Origin: Blasia pusilla | Lineage: Eukaryota | Direction of reading: 5' to 3' | NCBI GenBank assembly: GCA_050084515.1 | Contig: CM114271.1 | Location: forward strand, 45,632,001-45,696,000 | Length of the DNA: 64,000 nt | In this document: piece after piece, positions 13,085 to 26,000 of the stretch | Position numbering within the stretch: position 1 is the stretch's first letter | How the letters are laid out: every line of letters begins with the position of its first letter | Notes under the pieces: generated by a model | Database searches by the model: none | What the model saw: only the letters and a program-made list of their open reading frames with translations | Told to the model about the DNA's origin: nothing | Made by a program: the position numbers and the translations under genes

Positions 13085-13930
13085 GGCTCGTCTAGATTTC
13101 AGGATTTCAGATCTGAATCTTGCGGAGGCCATATCTTTAAGATGGAGTATTAGGTGAAGCTGAGATTTTGAAACAACGTTAATTGAGAGGAGACGCCTTA
13201 GCCCTGCAAATTGCAAGCACAATGGAGTTATACAAACGAAGTTGTGTGAGATTTGAGTTTCTGCTCTTCTAGATTTCAGGATTTCAGATTTGAATCTTGC
13301 AGAGACCATATCTTTAAGATGCACTATTGCATGGAGTTCAGATTTTGAAGAAACGTGAAATGTAAGAAGGCTCCTTAGCCCTGAAAATTTCAAGCATAAT
13401 TGAGTGATACAGACGAAGTTGTGAGAGATTTGAGTTTCTGCTCTTCTAGATTTGAGGATTTCAGATCTGAATCTTGCAGAGGCCATATCTTTGAGGTGTC
13501 GTGTCATATGAAGCTGAGATTTTGAGGGAACGTGAAATGTGAGGAGTGCTTTAGCCCTAAAAATTTCAAGCATAAAAAGTTACACAGACAAAGTTGTGAG
13601 AGATTTGAATTTTTGCTCTTCTAAATTTGAGGATTTCATATCTGAATCTTGCGGAGGCCATATCTTTGAAGTGGAGTGTTGTATGAAGCTGAGATTTTTA
13701 GAAAACGTGGAATGTAAGGAGGTCTCTTAGCCCTAAAAATTGCAAACATAATTGAGTTATATAGACAAAGATGTGAGAGATTTTAGTTTCTGCTCTTCTA
13801 GATTTTAGGATTTCAGATCTGAATCTTGCGGAGGTCCTATTTTTGAGGTGGAATGTCATATGAAGCTGAGCTTTTGAGAAAACGTGGAGTTTCAAGAGGT
13901 GCCCTAGTCGCGTGAATTTCAAGTACAACC
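13085..13930. repeat. Tandem array of ~4.8 copies of a 177-bp unit immediately upstream of LINE ORF1
   Basis: tctagattt(c/g)aggatttcagatctgaatcttgc recurs at 13091, 13268, 13445, 13620 and 13797 (spacings 177, 177, 175, 177). Confidence 0.95.
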
Positions 13931-14168
13931 TACTTCTACAACAGAAGTTGTGTGGTTTTGGAGATTTGGTAATACTTTATTGGAGGTCGTAAAATATCTC
14001 GGATGTAGTGAAGTCGACTACATGATGACTACTCAAGACGAAATCTTGAATCTAGTGCAAGTGGTCTTGCATGAATTGAAAGAGCTTTGACAAGAATTCA
14101 AAGTACAAACTTCTCAATTAAACCTTGCACATATTAAAATCCGAGAGTTAAAGGCAACACAAGAGGTT

Positions 14169-14780
14169 TTGAAGAAAGTGTTAAAAGATAATTCTAGTGT
14201 GATGCTTGATCTTTCCAAATCTATTGCGGATGTTCAAGAGAAGGCATCATCATTAGCGCCTACTCCCAATAGTTCAAGATTGCATGAGGTTGTTGAAACT
14301 TTAGAAGTGAAAATGAAATCTTATGCTGAAGCTACAAAGGTTGCTCATATCTCTTTCTATCAAGAGCAAGAGATAGAAAAGGAAAACCAATTTGCCCGTA
14401 GAAAGAATGTGAGAATCTCAGGTTTGCCGGAAACAGAGAGCGAAGAGGTGAAAAGTGTTGTCACCAAGTTCTTGGTTGATACACTTCATGTTCATAACCC
14501 AAACTTGGCTCAAGCTTTCCGTATTGGGAAAACGGGAGCACAACCTCGTGCCATTCTAGTTAAGTTCGTTGATCAAACTCAACGTGATACTGCCATGGCT
14601 AACAAGGCCATTCTCAAAGGACGGAGGATATGGTTGGATCTTGATCTTACACCTCTACAAGTCGAAGCTAGGAGAAAGGAGCTTGCAAAGGTCAAAGAGG
14701 CTCAAGAAGCAGGTTTTATTGCTTATCTACACGATGGTCGAGCAATTGTTACCCAGAGAGAAAGAGAGTTATCAACCTAG
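14169..14780 (+). CDS. LINE ORF1 C-terminal part (coiled coil plus RRM-like)
   Basis: RRKNVRISGLPETE...AFRIGK...PRAILVKF...DLTP, a typical LINE ORF1 signature; the upstream part is interrupted by a stop. Confidence 0.8.
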   Translation: MKKVLKDNSSVMLDLSKSIADVQEKASSLAPTPNSSRLHEVVETLEVKMKSYAEATKVAHISFYQEQEIEKENQFARRKNVRISGLPETESEEVKSVVTKFLVDTLHVHNPNLAQAFRIGKTGAQPRAILVKFVDQTQRDTAMANKAILKGRRIWLDLDLTPLQVEARRKELAKVKEAQEAGFIAYLHDGRAIVTQRERELST

Positions 14781-14798
14781 CAATCCAAGAAGCTGAAA

Positions 14799-17700
14799 GT
14801 GTTGATGTGGAATATACGAGGCCTTTCAACAACAAAGTATGTGAGTGCTCTACCAATTTGGGAGATGGCGGACATCATCAATATTGTGGAGACTTGGGAA
14901 CATGAGAGCAATACTATTACAGAGATGCAAGGATTTACTTTGGTGGGATCGACATGGAACCAAAGAAGGCAACGGGTAGGAAGGGGTTATGGCCGTATTT
15001 CTACTTTCATCAGGTCTCAATTTCTACCTCTCATACATCTAGAAGATCAAGATATCGAGGGCCAATATCATTGGCTACGTCTTGGTTTGGTTGGAGGATC
15101 TTATTGTTATTTGGCAGTTTGTTATTTTGCACCATTGTCCATGCCTATCTACTCAACACGCACTTACAATCGAAGTCAACCATTCCATCGACTTATTGGG
15201 GATGTTCTCAAATATCAAAGCAAAGGTGAACTCTTTCTAGTTGGGGATTTCAATGCTCGCACACGTACTGCTCAATTTTCCCAATTCAGTGATTCCTTGA
15301 CTTCTCCTCTTCTCGAAGAACATGAGGATGGTTTGTGGTCTAGAATCTCTTCAGATCTTTCTACAAATCCTTTGACAGAGCATTATTTAACTTTCGGAGC
15401 CACTTGTAATTTGAAAGTTCTTAATGGAACCTCTCATTTTCTTAACTCTCATTCCAATACGCGTTTCTCCTCTACCGACGCTAGCACCATCGATTATCTT
15501 CTGTCCTCGCCCGCTAATAGCTCTCTTATCTCTACATTTGATATTCTAGAACCTCATCCTGAATCAGATCATGCACCTCTTTTGTTTACTCACTCACTAT
15601 CAAAGGCAATTCCTCTCTCGACATGTCAATCTATTTTAGCTTCTCCCAAGTTTCGCTTAGATCCTGGTAAAAAAGATCTTTATGTGCTACATTTACAAGA
15701 ACTCCTGACTCGCATTGTATGGAGCCCAGATCCAACCACGGCAAGTTTGCAACTAGCCGAATTGCTCAAAAATACTGCATCTAAGTTCTTTTCGCGGCAC
15801 AGGGACAAAAGTGGTAGGAGACTGCCTTGTAATGGGTGATTTGACTTTGAATGGAAGCAAGCAAGGGCAAGATCAATATATAATTCTTTGGATATCCAAA
15901 GTCCGCTTATTATGACGAGCCTTTATAAATACTTGGTGAAATCTAAGAAACGAGCTTTCTTGTGGCGGAAGCAAAAATCCTTGACAAGGGAGCTACATGA
16001 CGACCCCAAATCATTTTAGAGACGGTTAGTAGTACGGTCTTCAAAACCTACTCTTGATCCCAAGTCTTTGATATCTTTTGCCAAAAAGCTTTATTTCTTC
16101 CCTGATGCTGCATCTATGCCTCGTTATGAAGGAATCCTTGGCTTATTCTCTGAAGCAGAGGTGATGACTCAACTAAGAAGATTAGCAAATGATCAATGTG
16201 AGGATTTGGATGGTCTTTCTATTGAACTTTTCAAGTGGGGAGGAGATTCTATTGGACCGATCCTCACCAAAGTATTGGGTGATGCTACTATCTATGATTT
16301 TCCTTCAACTTGGTTGCTACGGGAGATTGTTCCTATTCACAAATAAGGAAGGAAGGACTTGGAGACAAACTATCGCACTATCATGGTGGGTAGTGTTTTT
16401 TCCAAGCTGTTTGGGAAATTGGTGGAGTCAAGTTGAGCGCATGGATAGAGTCTTTCCAAAAGAGAGCATGGGTCCAAGCTGGTTTTCGCCCAACATACAA
16501 CATCATCGACCATATTTTGGCCTTGCGTGTTTTATGGGAGAAATCTAAGGGCAATGGAAAAGCTTTATTTTGCGATTTCATCGATTTCAAGAAAGCTTTT
16601 GATACTGTATCTCGTAAGCTCTTATAGGAAAGGTTGCAAGCCATTGGAGTACCACCAAATCTCCTAGTAGCCGTGGCCACGTTATACCATTCCGTTCGGG
16701 CCAAGATCAAAGGTTCACAAACTCAAGAGATCTTGAGTATCATCGGAGTCATTCAAGGTTTCCCTCTCTCCCCTACTCTATTTGGAGTTTTCATAGATGA
16801 TATCGAAAAGTGGTTGGAGGAATGTGATAGTGAAGGTTTCAAGCTTGGGGACTTTGTCATCAAAGCTCTATTGTATGCAGATGATATCATATTACTAGCA
16901 CGTGATGGCATTAGTTTACAAAAACACCTCGACACTTTGGCAAGGTTTTGTATCCAGAATAGATGGAGGTTAATATGGAGAAGTCTAAAGTCATTTTAGT
17001 GGGTACTAGATCCAAGTTCTCATTCTTTTACAAAGGTCTACAATTTGAACAAGTGAAGAGTTACAAATATCTAGGCATCGATTTCTCTCATGACTATAGT
17101 TGGGCACTTTGCGTGCAAAAGAGAGTAGAAGTTGGTTACAAAGCTCTATATTCATTTTTAAACCGGTGTAGAAGAGCTCATCTTGTGTCTTGGGGTCTTA
17201 AGAAATTCTTATTTATGAGCTTAGTGTTGCCGGTGGTCTTATATGGGACCCAAGTTTGGGGCCCTAGTTGTAAGAAGGCAGGTTGGGAGCGCGTGGAGAG
17301 GGTGCAAAAGATCTTTCTACAAGAAGAATAGGGTGTAAGAAACCAAACTCTGTATGCTATTCTTCTTGCGGAAACAAGTTGTCTTCCTCTAGAGCTTGAA
17401 GCTCTTTACTTGACCATCACTTATATCGCAAGGGTGAGATCTCTTGATGTTTCTCGCCTCTCTCATCAAGCTTTGCAAGCCACACGTTCCATAGGGTGGA
17501 TGGCGGATGTGGTGACTTGGTCTTCAAAGTGGAATGTGGTGGAACGCGATTGGGACTTGAAACCGATGGCACTCTGCGAGCATCTACAGAAGTAATTTCT
17601 CAACATTATTTGGAGCAGCCCGCGCACCAAAATGGAGTTTTATCAACTTCATGTTAATCCTATGCTTGTATATTGTGAACAAGGATACCTACTTGCGGGG

Positions 17701-17940
17701 ATCTCCACGTTCTTACGTCATATTATCGCACGACATAGAACTGGGTCTCATAGGCTAGGAATTGAGGAAGGAAGATGGTTTAATATTGATAGAAGTGAAC
17801 GAATTTGTGGGTTATGTGACGGAGTAAATATTGAGGATGAAGAGCATGTGTTTGTTACATGTCCAAGGTATGAAGAGATTAGACTAGCTCATAAAATAGA
17901 TGTGGAAAATTTCTATTCTTTACTACAGCTAGTGATTTAG
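14799..17940 (+). pseudogene. LINE ORF2: AP endonuclease, reverse transcriptase and C-terminal CCHC knuckle
   Basis: WNIRGL, ETW, GDFNAR, IDY and SDH (APE); QAGFR, FIDFKKAFD, QGFPLSPTLF, LYADD and YKYLG (RT); RTGSHRL..CGLC..EDEEHV..C. Several stops and frameshifts. Confidence 0.9.
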
Positions 17941-18502
17941 GTTGTTATATTAGGGACTTCATTATTCATCGCTCAAGTGCTCTAGGTAGTAGCTAGGAGA
18001 AGGTCTTTAGGATCTTTTTCAAGATGAGTGAATGAATGACTTGTAATGTGTTTTTCAGCCTTTTGACCCTTTGAGTCCCACGGGCTTGATCTATTTACCA
18101 TTTACCATTTACATTCTCAATCTTCCTTTTTTCTCATCACTCTGCCCTCATATAAAGTGTGGCTCATTCGAGTTTGTCTACACTTCTCTTTGAGTCCCAC
18201 TTGGCCTTATTTAAAAAAAACACTCTTGTGTGTTTTTTTTAAATAACACAGTGTGGGAAATGTCTGTGCTGAATCGGCCAGATACTGGAGAAGCAGTCAA
18301 TAGAATAATGCACATAGATCAACCTAGAACCATGTACATCGCAGTTAGTAGAGCTCCAAGACTATTGAGCTTCAAGACTATAATACTTGTAACCATTTTC
18401 TCACAAAAATAAACCTCAGAAGTCACAACATCAATGGCGTATGTAGAAGCAGGGTTGCGAAGGTCAGTTGACAGTACCTGATCGTCACGAGCACTATGGA
18501 AC

Positions 18503-18728
18503 CAATGTCCGGGGAGAAGCAGGGTTACGTGTTGAGCTGGCCGGAAGAATTTGAGAATTTCCGATTCAGTTTGTCACTTACCAGCCAAAAACCAAGGGTT
18601 CAAGGAGGATGTCCTTTGTATTCGTATTTGTTTAGCCGGCTGGAATGACAAAATCTTCAAAAATTTCCGCTCGGTTTTGTAGAGACCGGAAATGTACCGG
18701 TTGTCACGAAAAAACTCCCCGGACCCTG
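18503..18728. mobile_element. hAT-type MITE, 226 bp
   Basis: TIRs caatgtccggggag / ctccccggaccctg (12 of 14 match) and an exact 8-bp TSD tatggaac at 18495-18502 and 18729-18736. Confidence 0.9.
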
Positions 18729-19259
18729 TATGGAACTTCTAAATTTGGATGTAAGCAATAAATAATCTTGCAATCCCTCCATAACTTCAAAGCCCTAAAG
18801 GCCGATTTGTACCCCCACAACTCTTGGCTTAGTGAGGGGCCAATGTGATCAACAGATCTCCCTCCTCGAGAAGATCTTAACTGTCAAATAATAAGGACAA
18901 ATTTCAAAATGGTTCCAAAAGCCGTTAGAAGCGAAGTCGGCGGATGTGAAGAAACCTTATCGCAAAGGATCTCATCATCCAACGGCTGTCAAAAGCGTAC
19001 AACAAACGGCTAGTAACACATGTCCACACTTGCTCGAAAGTACAAGTGTCATAACATGGGTTGTTTGCACGGGAGACAACACTCTCGCATAATAGTATAG
19101 ATTTGCTATCACAGCCATAGTATCTACTATGTACAGCAACATGTCTCATACCCTTTTTTTTAACTGTTCCTTTAATCGTCGCTGCTCCAAGCCCGGGCTG
19201 CATTCTTGTTCCCCATTATGGCATGGATAGGAAAGTAGACCTGTTCTTAAGCCCTATCT

Positions 19260-20376
19260 TATGGGACCCTCGGAGGGATCCGTCCGATTGCCATAGGGAA
19301 GGTGCTCTTGCGGTTGGTGAGTCGCACTATCGCTTTGCAGTTCCGTGAGGCTTTCCAGTCATATCTGAGTCTGCACCAGTTTGGAGTTGCCACGCCAGCC
19401 GGTTGTGAGGCTGTAGCCTTAGGTTTGAGGGCTTGTTTAGACATACATTCCGAGTGGGTGGTTCTCCAAGTTGATGTGGAGAACGCCTTTAACTCAGTGT
19501 CTCGAGCAGCTATCTTCATGGAGTTGAGAGACGTAGGGGGTCCCATAGCGAGTCTGATTCCCTTCGTGCATGCTTTTTATGGGGCTCCCTCGACACTCTA
19601 TTTTCACCACGGTAGGTTCGAGGAGGAGGTCACGGTCTTGGAGTCTGCTACCGAGACGCGTCAGGGTAATCCCTTGGGGGTGCATTGTTTGCCTTGGCTC
19701 ATTATCGAGCGGTTCTTTCTATGGTGGAGGCTTTCCCGGGTTGCATTTTCCCTTCGTTGGCAGATGATACTCAGATTGTTGGCTCTGGAGACTTGGTTGT
19801 TCGTGCATTTCAGCACTTCTTAGCACCATTGGCACGTGTCGGCCTTGCGGTGAAGGTGGGAAAGTGCAAGGCTTGGTCTTCTTTAGGCTTGTCAGCGGAT
19901 ATTCATTTACCCGACGGTTTTTTGACACCTATTGGAGGGCTTCGTGTCTTGGGAGTTCCACTCGGGAGCCAGGACTTTGTATCGAGTTTTTGGCGGCGGC
20001 TCTTACCGAGGATCTTCTCCACGTCGACGATCTCACGAGGATTGGTGATCCTCAAGTAGCTTATGGAATCCTCTCGTCATGTTTTGCTCGTAGACCTGGT
20101 TATCTGTGTAGAATCGTATGGGCGACTAGCCATATTTCTTCCTTGTATAGATCCTTTGATAGAAAGATTATGCAGGCATTTGGGGATCTTCTAGGACCCG
20201 GCTCATTAGAGTGCCCCGCGAGGGAGCTAGCTCGTAGACAAGCTTCTTGGCCGATTGCCTTTGGTGGAGTAGGTCTCATAGCGACTGAGTTAGTGGCGTC
20301 TTCAGCCTTTTTAGGGAGTTGGGCCACTATAGCACCCCTCCTTTGCTCCCGATTTTTGTTAAGGATAGACCGCTAA
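19260..20376 (+). pseudogene. Reverse transcriptase fragment of a CRE/R2-group non-LTR retrotransposon
   Basis: GIRPIAIG, QFGV, VDVENAFNSVSR, RQGNPLG, SLADD, LRVLGVPLG and WPIAFGGVGL; frameshifted; no endonuclease seen. Confidence 0.75.
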
Positions 20377-23071
20377 TCATAGTTCTGTAAGTGTTGCTGA
20401 TATTGTCTTTGCTGTTGGTGATTCTGATCGTTAGAGGAGGAAGGCCCCCTTCTTTCCGCTTGGGGCCAATTATGGCCTCTTGAGGTCTTGCCCCCTCTTT
20501 TGTATCGTGATGGGTTCCCCATCCTTTTTTATACATATTTTATACCTCTCATGGGACACATGGGTCGTCCTGACGAAGCCATACTAAGATTCAGATCGGT
20601 CTTGATCGACGGACGGCCCGATTCCATCCGCTTAGTCGCCATTTTTTCACGGCATTGCAAATTTTCTTGCGCTGGTGTTTGGTCAGGGCAGCGTCCTGGG
20701 GGCCTGGGGCACGGACAGAAGCAGAAACGAAGCAGGCAGTTTTATAGAAGAACACCGGGAGGTATTTGACCTTTTAAAAATTCCCGGCCGGCTGCCTCTC
20801 CGTTCACGTCGAGGATCAGGTGACAGGTGGAGCCATTGGGAGGTGGACTCTGCAGTGGGCCATTGGGGGTAGAGGGCCATTGGGGGTAGACACCAACTGG
20901 ACAGTAGTCATCCGGAAGAAATGATGAACCTCAATAAATATGCACAAAGTATACTCGGTTGCGCGGGTGAAAAAAAAGGTTAATTAATCGTATTTGGGCT
21001 TGCAGACGGGAAGGCTTAAAAAAACCTACGTGTCGAGGAGGGGTTCCCCATATCTGTCCTCCCATGAAAACCCATCCGAAAAACAAAAAGGGAAAGTAAA
21101 GTTACTTGTGATCCCAGCGAGTTACGAAATCGCGACCTTCGGCGTGTAAGTCCGGAACAGCTCACGGACCTGAAGTCAACGTTGAACGATGACGTGACTG
21201 GGTTTTCCGTACTTACACGGCCTTGCGTTTTTGCGATGCAGATGCGTTTCCGTCCTCGCAACTCGTGGATCGTGGCTGAAGCTGGAAATTCCGCTTTCTT
21301 CCCGTTCGTGTACAGAGACTGAGAGACCCGAGGATGGAACGTGGGAGGGCGGTGGTTTTCGGGATCAGGCGCGGGTGAAGATTCGGTTCACGATTGAATC
21401 GCGTGCTTCCCATCCTCGTTGAAGTCGTGGAGATAGGTAGATCATAGATCGATCGATTTTGCAGTCTTTGTGTGTACAGCGGTGGGATGACGGAGCGTTT
21501 TGCACCGGAGAATTCGTCGCCTTCACGGTAATGCAGTGCGGGGGAGGTCCGCATTGAAGCTGTCGGATTGCCGCCTTCACTGCGAGACGTGCACCTGCGC
21601 GGCGCGGGGGAGTAGGCGGCTCCCTCTCGAGGCGGGCAGGCAGACAGACGAGAAGATTTCATCCATCGCGCGGCGAACTCGGGAGGTACAGCCTTCCTAT
21701 CGCTGCATCTTCGTTTTTTAAGGTCAGGAGATCGTCCAATCGCTTCACTGCCGTTGAGTAATCCATGTGCTGAGGGCTGGCGCTTGTTACTTGGGCAGCG
21801 TTTTTCGACTCTATTGCATTGAATCAGCTTTGCAGCTTCTGAGGGAACAGCCCTAGAATCATCTTCATAGAAGCGAGGGCCGAGCCTTAAATCGTATGCA
21901 GAGCAGCTACAGTTTGGCAGATTCGAAATTGAGTGAACTAGGGAATGAGGACGTGGAAGGAAAGTAGAGAGCTAGAGGAGAATATGATTATCTGTGGCAG
22001 GAGTTGTGAGCTTTTGCTCGTCCCATTCCCCCAGTCAAACAATCTCCTCGGTTGGATGAAGAACCGGTAGGCGAACTCGTCCTGTTATTTTCCAGTAACA
22101 TCTGAGCATTTGACTAGTAGCTCACTTTTGGAAGATAGGAGTCGATTAGATTTTGCGCGTGTGAGGAGAAGTTAGAGACAGGTTGCCATGTGGTCTGGGT
22201 ACAACAACAGCTTGTCAATTCCAGATTCATAGGAGAGCACAGCGGTATGTTGAGCTCAATCCACTCCGAGTTGTCTGCTCAACGCATTTCAAGAATTTTC
22301 TCTTGGACCATCCCTGTCGCTCCCTAAGCCTGTGTATTCCATTTGGAATTTCTATTCACGTCAATGTCACATATACTTAAGGGTGACTCATGGTAGTAAG
22401 GAAATGTCCTAGCAAATCCGACGTTACGATTTCAGGCGTGGAATCTTGTTAAGTCAAAGGCAGTTTTGTTCCCCCTTGGGACCAGGCGAACCAGTGATTT
22501 TGTTTGGCACCTCTCTCGTATCTCTGGCAATCCTAGAAGAAGTGTTTTCTCACTTTTATAGGACTTATTGTTGGGAGTTCCATCCCGATGTTCACTGCCA
22601 AATCAGTGCAGCGCTAACTTGAGCACAACTCGAAAGATGAGCAGCTTCATTTCTGAGCTTTGTGCATCGCTCACGGGCCGACGACATTAAGTATTGATCG
22701 TGAATGTCCTCAACCGAGTGAAGCTTGCAAGGGAGTTGAGAAAAGTTTCGGCATTGAGAGTAAATTCGGAGCAGAGATTTCTCAATGACGCGGGCGTGAC
22801 GGAGAAATATTGCGCATTAAGTAGTATGTGTCGTAGGCTCCTTGCTCCGGTTGGACGGCGCTGCAAACTGGGATGAGTGAAGAGGGAAGCCAATATCAGA
22901 TGAGAGGAGGTTGTAGTGGAGGGAGAGGAATATTGATTCGATTTGATTTCCTCATGTGCAGAAATTGTTCGATAGACGCTCATGGGAGATACAATTTGAT
23001 ATAGAAGCAGAAAATCCGGAGAACAGAAGGTGATCATTAACGGCGCCGCCTTATTTGCACGGCTGCACACA

Positions 23072-26000
23072 ATGAGCCGAGGACGTGCGGGGGAAGTCCT
23101 GTTCGGTGTGGTCGTGTGGTGTTTTAGTTTTCTGCAGACAACGAACGCTCAAATAGGTACTTCCATCTTCAAGTTCGTGGCTGAATTGCCTAGCAGTTCT
23201 GGCAACACTCGAGGATATTCGAATCATGTCAAGCAAATTCTTCTTTAGCTAATGGTGAAGGGAACCTAGGACCTAAATAGGATTGTGCGTGCAGCTTCTT
23301 TCGGGTTGGTTTCAAGCATAATTGTGGTAACTACGGAGGCCCATTCGATCTTTGAGCGCAGGTTTCATCAGTATCGATTGCGGCACGGGTTCCAACTACA
23401 CTGACAATCGCAAGATTTTTTGGGTAAACGATGAAAGATATACGGTGACGGGGCAGAATGGCATAGTAGATATCTCGGGAGCAAATCTCAACATAAACCA
23501 AGTGAATGATATTGGCCCGCAGTTGCAGACGATCAGATACTTCCCTGGGACCCAGAGCAAGTCGTGTTACATGATTCCTGAAGTCGAAGCGAACCAGTTG
23601 TACCTTGTCCGCTTGACGTTCCTCGCTGGTGACTTGACTTCCAAGCTGGGGAAATTGATCACCTTCGGCGTGACACTTGGAAATTACCGGTGGGAGGATG
23701 TTGTAATCGATGATCCTCTCACTCCTGTGATCATGGAAGCTGTACTTACAACGATGATGAGTCCGTGGCCTATCTGCTTCCTGCGCCACGTAGGGACTCC
23801 CTTCATCTCGTCGATCGAAATGCGAATTCTCCCCAGCTTTTATTACCAAACAAGTTCTCTGCAGTCGTACGTCCTCACGGGCGTTTCTAGGATTGATTGT
23901 GGCTTGAAATCGGGCAGCGCAAACCTGAGGTCCGTACACCTCACCTATCCTTGCTCCACTGGCGGCTATGACCTCCTTCCTATAATGTCGTGAAATATGC
24001 GCAATGTGCAATGCTTCCCAACAACTTTTTTCTTGAACTACTCTTGAAGCTCAAATGAGGTCCGTACGTCGAACGCTTCTAGGCACTCGAGAGATTGTTA
24101 GCTCTATTTCATCACGTCATGGTCATGGACTAAATTTCAAGAGTATTCAAAGTGGACGCCTACAGACGCGGTGACCTAATTCTTCATTATTTCGGTCTCG
24201 ATGGGAAGAAATTACTCTCATCGCATTCATAGTCGCACGAGTCATTCCATTTCCTTTCTCACTCCCATGAAATTTTCCATCATGAATTTCAGTAATTAAA
24301 ACTGCCTCGTCCTCCCTTTTAAATCTACGAATCCGACCAAATCCAGGCAACCCTGATCCTATCCTACAATGCGTGCATCAAAAGTTGTTACCTTCGTAAA
24401 ACAGAGACAGACTTGCAATGTTGGAGGACTTGTAAGGAAGAGCGAATGTTTCACTTGTCCCTCAACTTCAGGTCTTGGGATGATTGCCATGTACTAAACA
24501 CAGTGAAGGGGAGGCCATACAACTCCAACTTGTCCGGTCTGACAATCCAGGTTACTGACGATCGTACGCATGTTTTTGTGGCCTCCAGATACCCCTCAGA
24601 CACCTTCGATCGCTTCTGGACGCCCGATCCCGCCAACGTCAGCTTCCCAGTGATCACGAACGCCACGCAGAGCTTCTATCTTCGGAATGACTTTCGGTGA
24701 GTCTCCCCAACGACGCGTTACGATCTGCTTGGGTCGCTCCGTCGCTTAATTCGAGCATCTCTTTCTCTTGGCCCATCCCTCCGTCGAGGAAGATGTACTA
24801 CGTCGGCTTCTTCGTCGTGGAGCTTCAGCAAGTGAAGCCCACTGACATTCGGGAGGTGGACATATATTTGAGCGGCGTATACCAAAAAACGGCGACGATT
24901 AACTCGTCGGTGCTTTCTACGTATGACATAACCATACCCGCTTACACGTCGTTGAACGTCACCCTTGTTCGGAATCCGAGATCCACTTTGCCGGTGATGC
25001 TGAACGCGGTCGAGTCGTATATGTTTGATTCATACAATTATTCCTTCGTTACACATCCGGACGATGGTACGTGCTTCTTAATTTCCTGACGGTCTTTTAA
25101 CTTATATTTGCCCTTCCATTTCGCAAATTCCTTTTCTCTTGCATTTACAGCTAGTAAAACCGCTTTTCTAGTGAGCCAATTGCTCGAAAATGATTAAAAA
25201 TGATACGCAAAAATTTCAAATATGGGAGGTAATTTAATTAGCACAAGTGTAGGCTTATATAATCTATATACATAGACTAATGGTTGGTTTTCGGAAGTGT
25301 CGTATGGAGCTCACACTATCGCTGAAAAAATACTTTGACCCGTTTCATTGTGAAAAGAATACTATTTTATTTTTCGTTATTCCCCAAAGATTTACTCTGA
25401 TTCTCCTCGACTTACACAATGATAATACACGTTTAAAAAAGCAATTAAACTTGTAATCCCAAGACGGCTAAACCTTAGCCTTTGCTGCATGGACAAGCAG
25501 CAGCCGCCATTGCTTCATTCATAACGAGCGCCAACTTAACAACTTGGAGCGGTGATCCTTGCTTGCCTGTTCCATACTCTTGGTTAAAGTGCAGTTCTCC
25601 ACAAGTTTCAAACATTTCTAGGGTTTTGCAAATGTAAGTTCTACTTCCAATGTTTTTCCTTTCTTAATCGGATTTGACTTGTTTGATTTATATGTGCAAT
25701 AGAAGTGAGAAGCTTTGATCAACATATTACTTATTATGTGGTTATGAATACTTGCAGAAACTTATTGAATCAGAATATCAGTGGCTTTATTACAAAAGAT
25801 ATTGCAAAATTAATCGAGTTGACGGATCTGTAAGAGCTAGAATCCTTCGAACTTCATTTGGTTGTGGATATCTTAAACCAATTTACTTTGAATGTTCTAC
25901 TTCTGGAGTTTTTTGGGAAGGAAGATCTCCTTAGAAACATTGTGACGGATGTCAAGGTTGCGTCCGCACTAAAGTCAAGTTGGAGATGCATGAGCAGGGC

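Larger units (their letters stand above)
13085..18113 (+). mobile_element. Near full-length non-LTR retrotransposon (LINE, RTE/RTEX-like), decayed
   Basis: ORF1 plus an APE-RT-CCHC ORF2 and a 3' (ATTTACC)n tail at ~18093-18113. Including the 177-bp array as 5' UTR is inferred. Confidence 0.8.

Noticed and set aside
13082-13573. 163-aa repetitive minus-strand ORF
   Set aside because: By-product of the 177-bp (59-codon) unit; broken by a 2-bp indel in the next copy.
20850-21730. GC-rich stretch with several short ORFs and a small tandem duplication
   Set aside because: No recognisable protein, RNA gene or TE termini.
22030-22460. Three W-box-like TTGACT motifs upstream of the RLK
   Set aside because: Short motifs that could occur by chance; not supportable as regulatory sites from sequence alone.
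23331-24011. 226-aa minus-strand ORF
   Set aside because: Antisense shadow of RLK exon 2.
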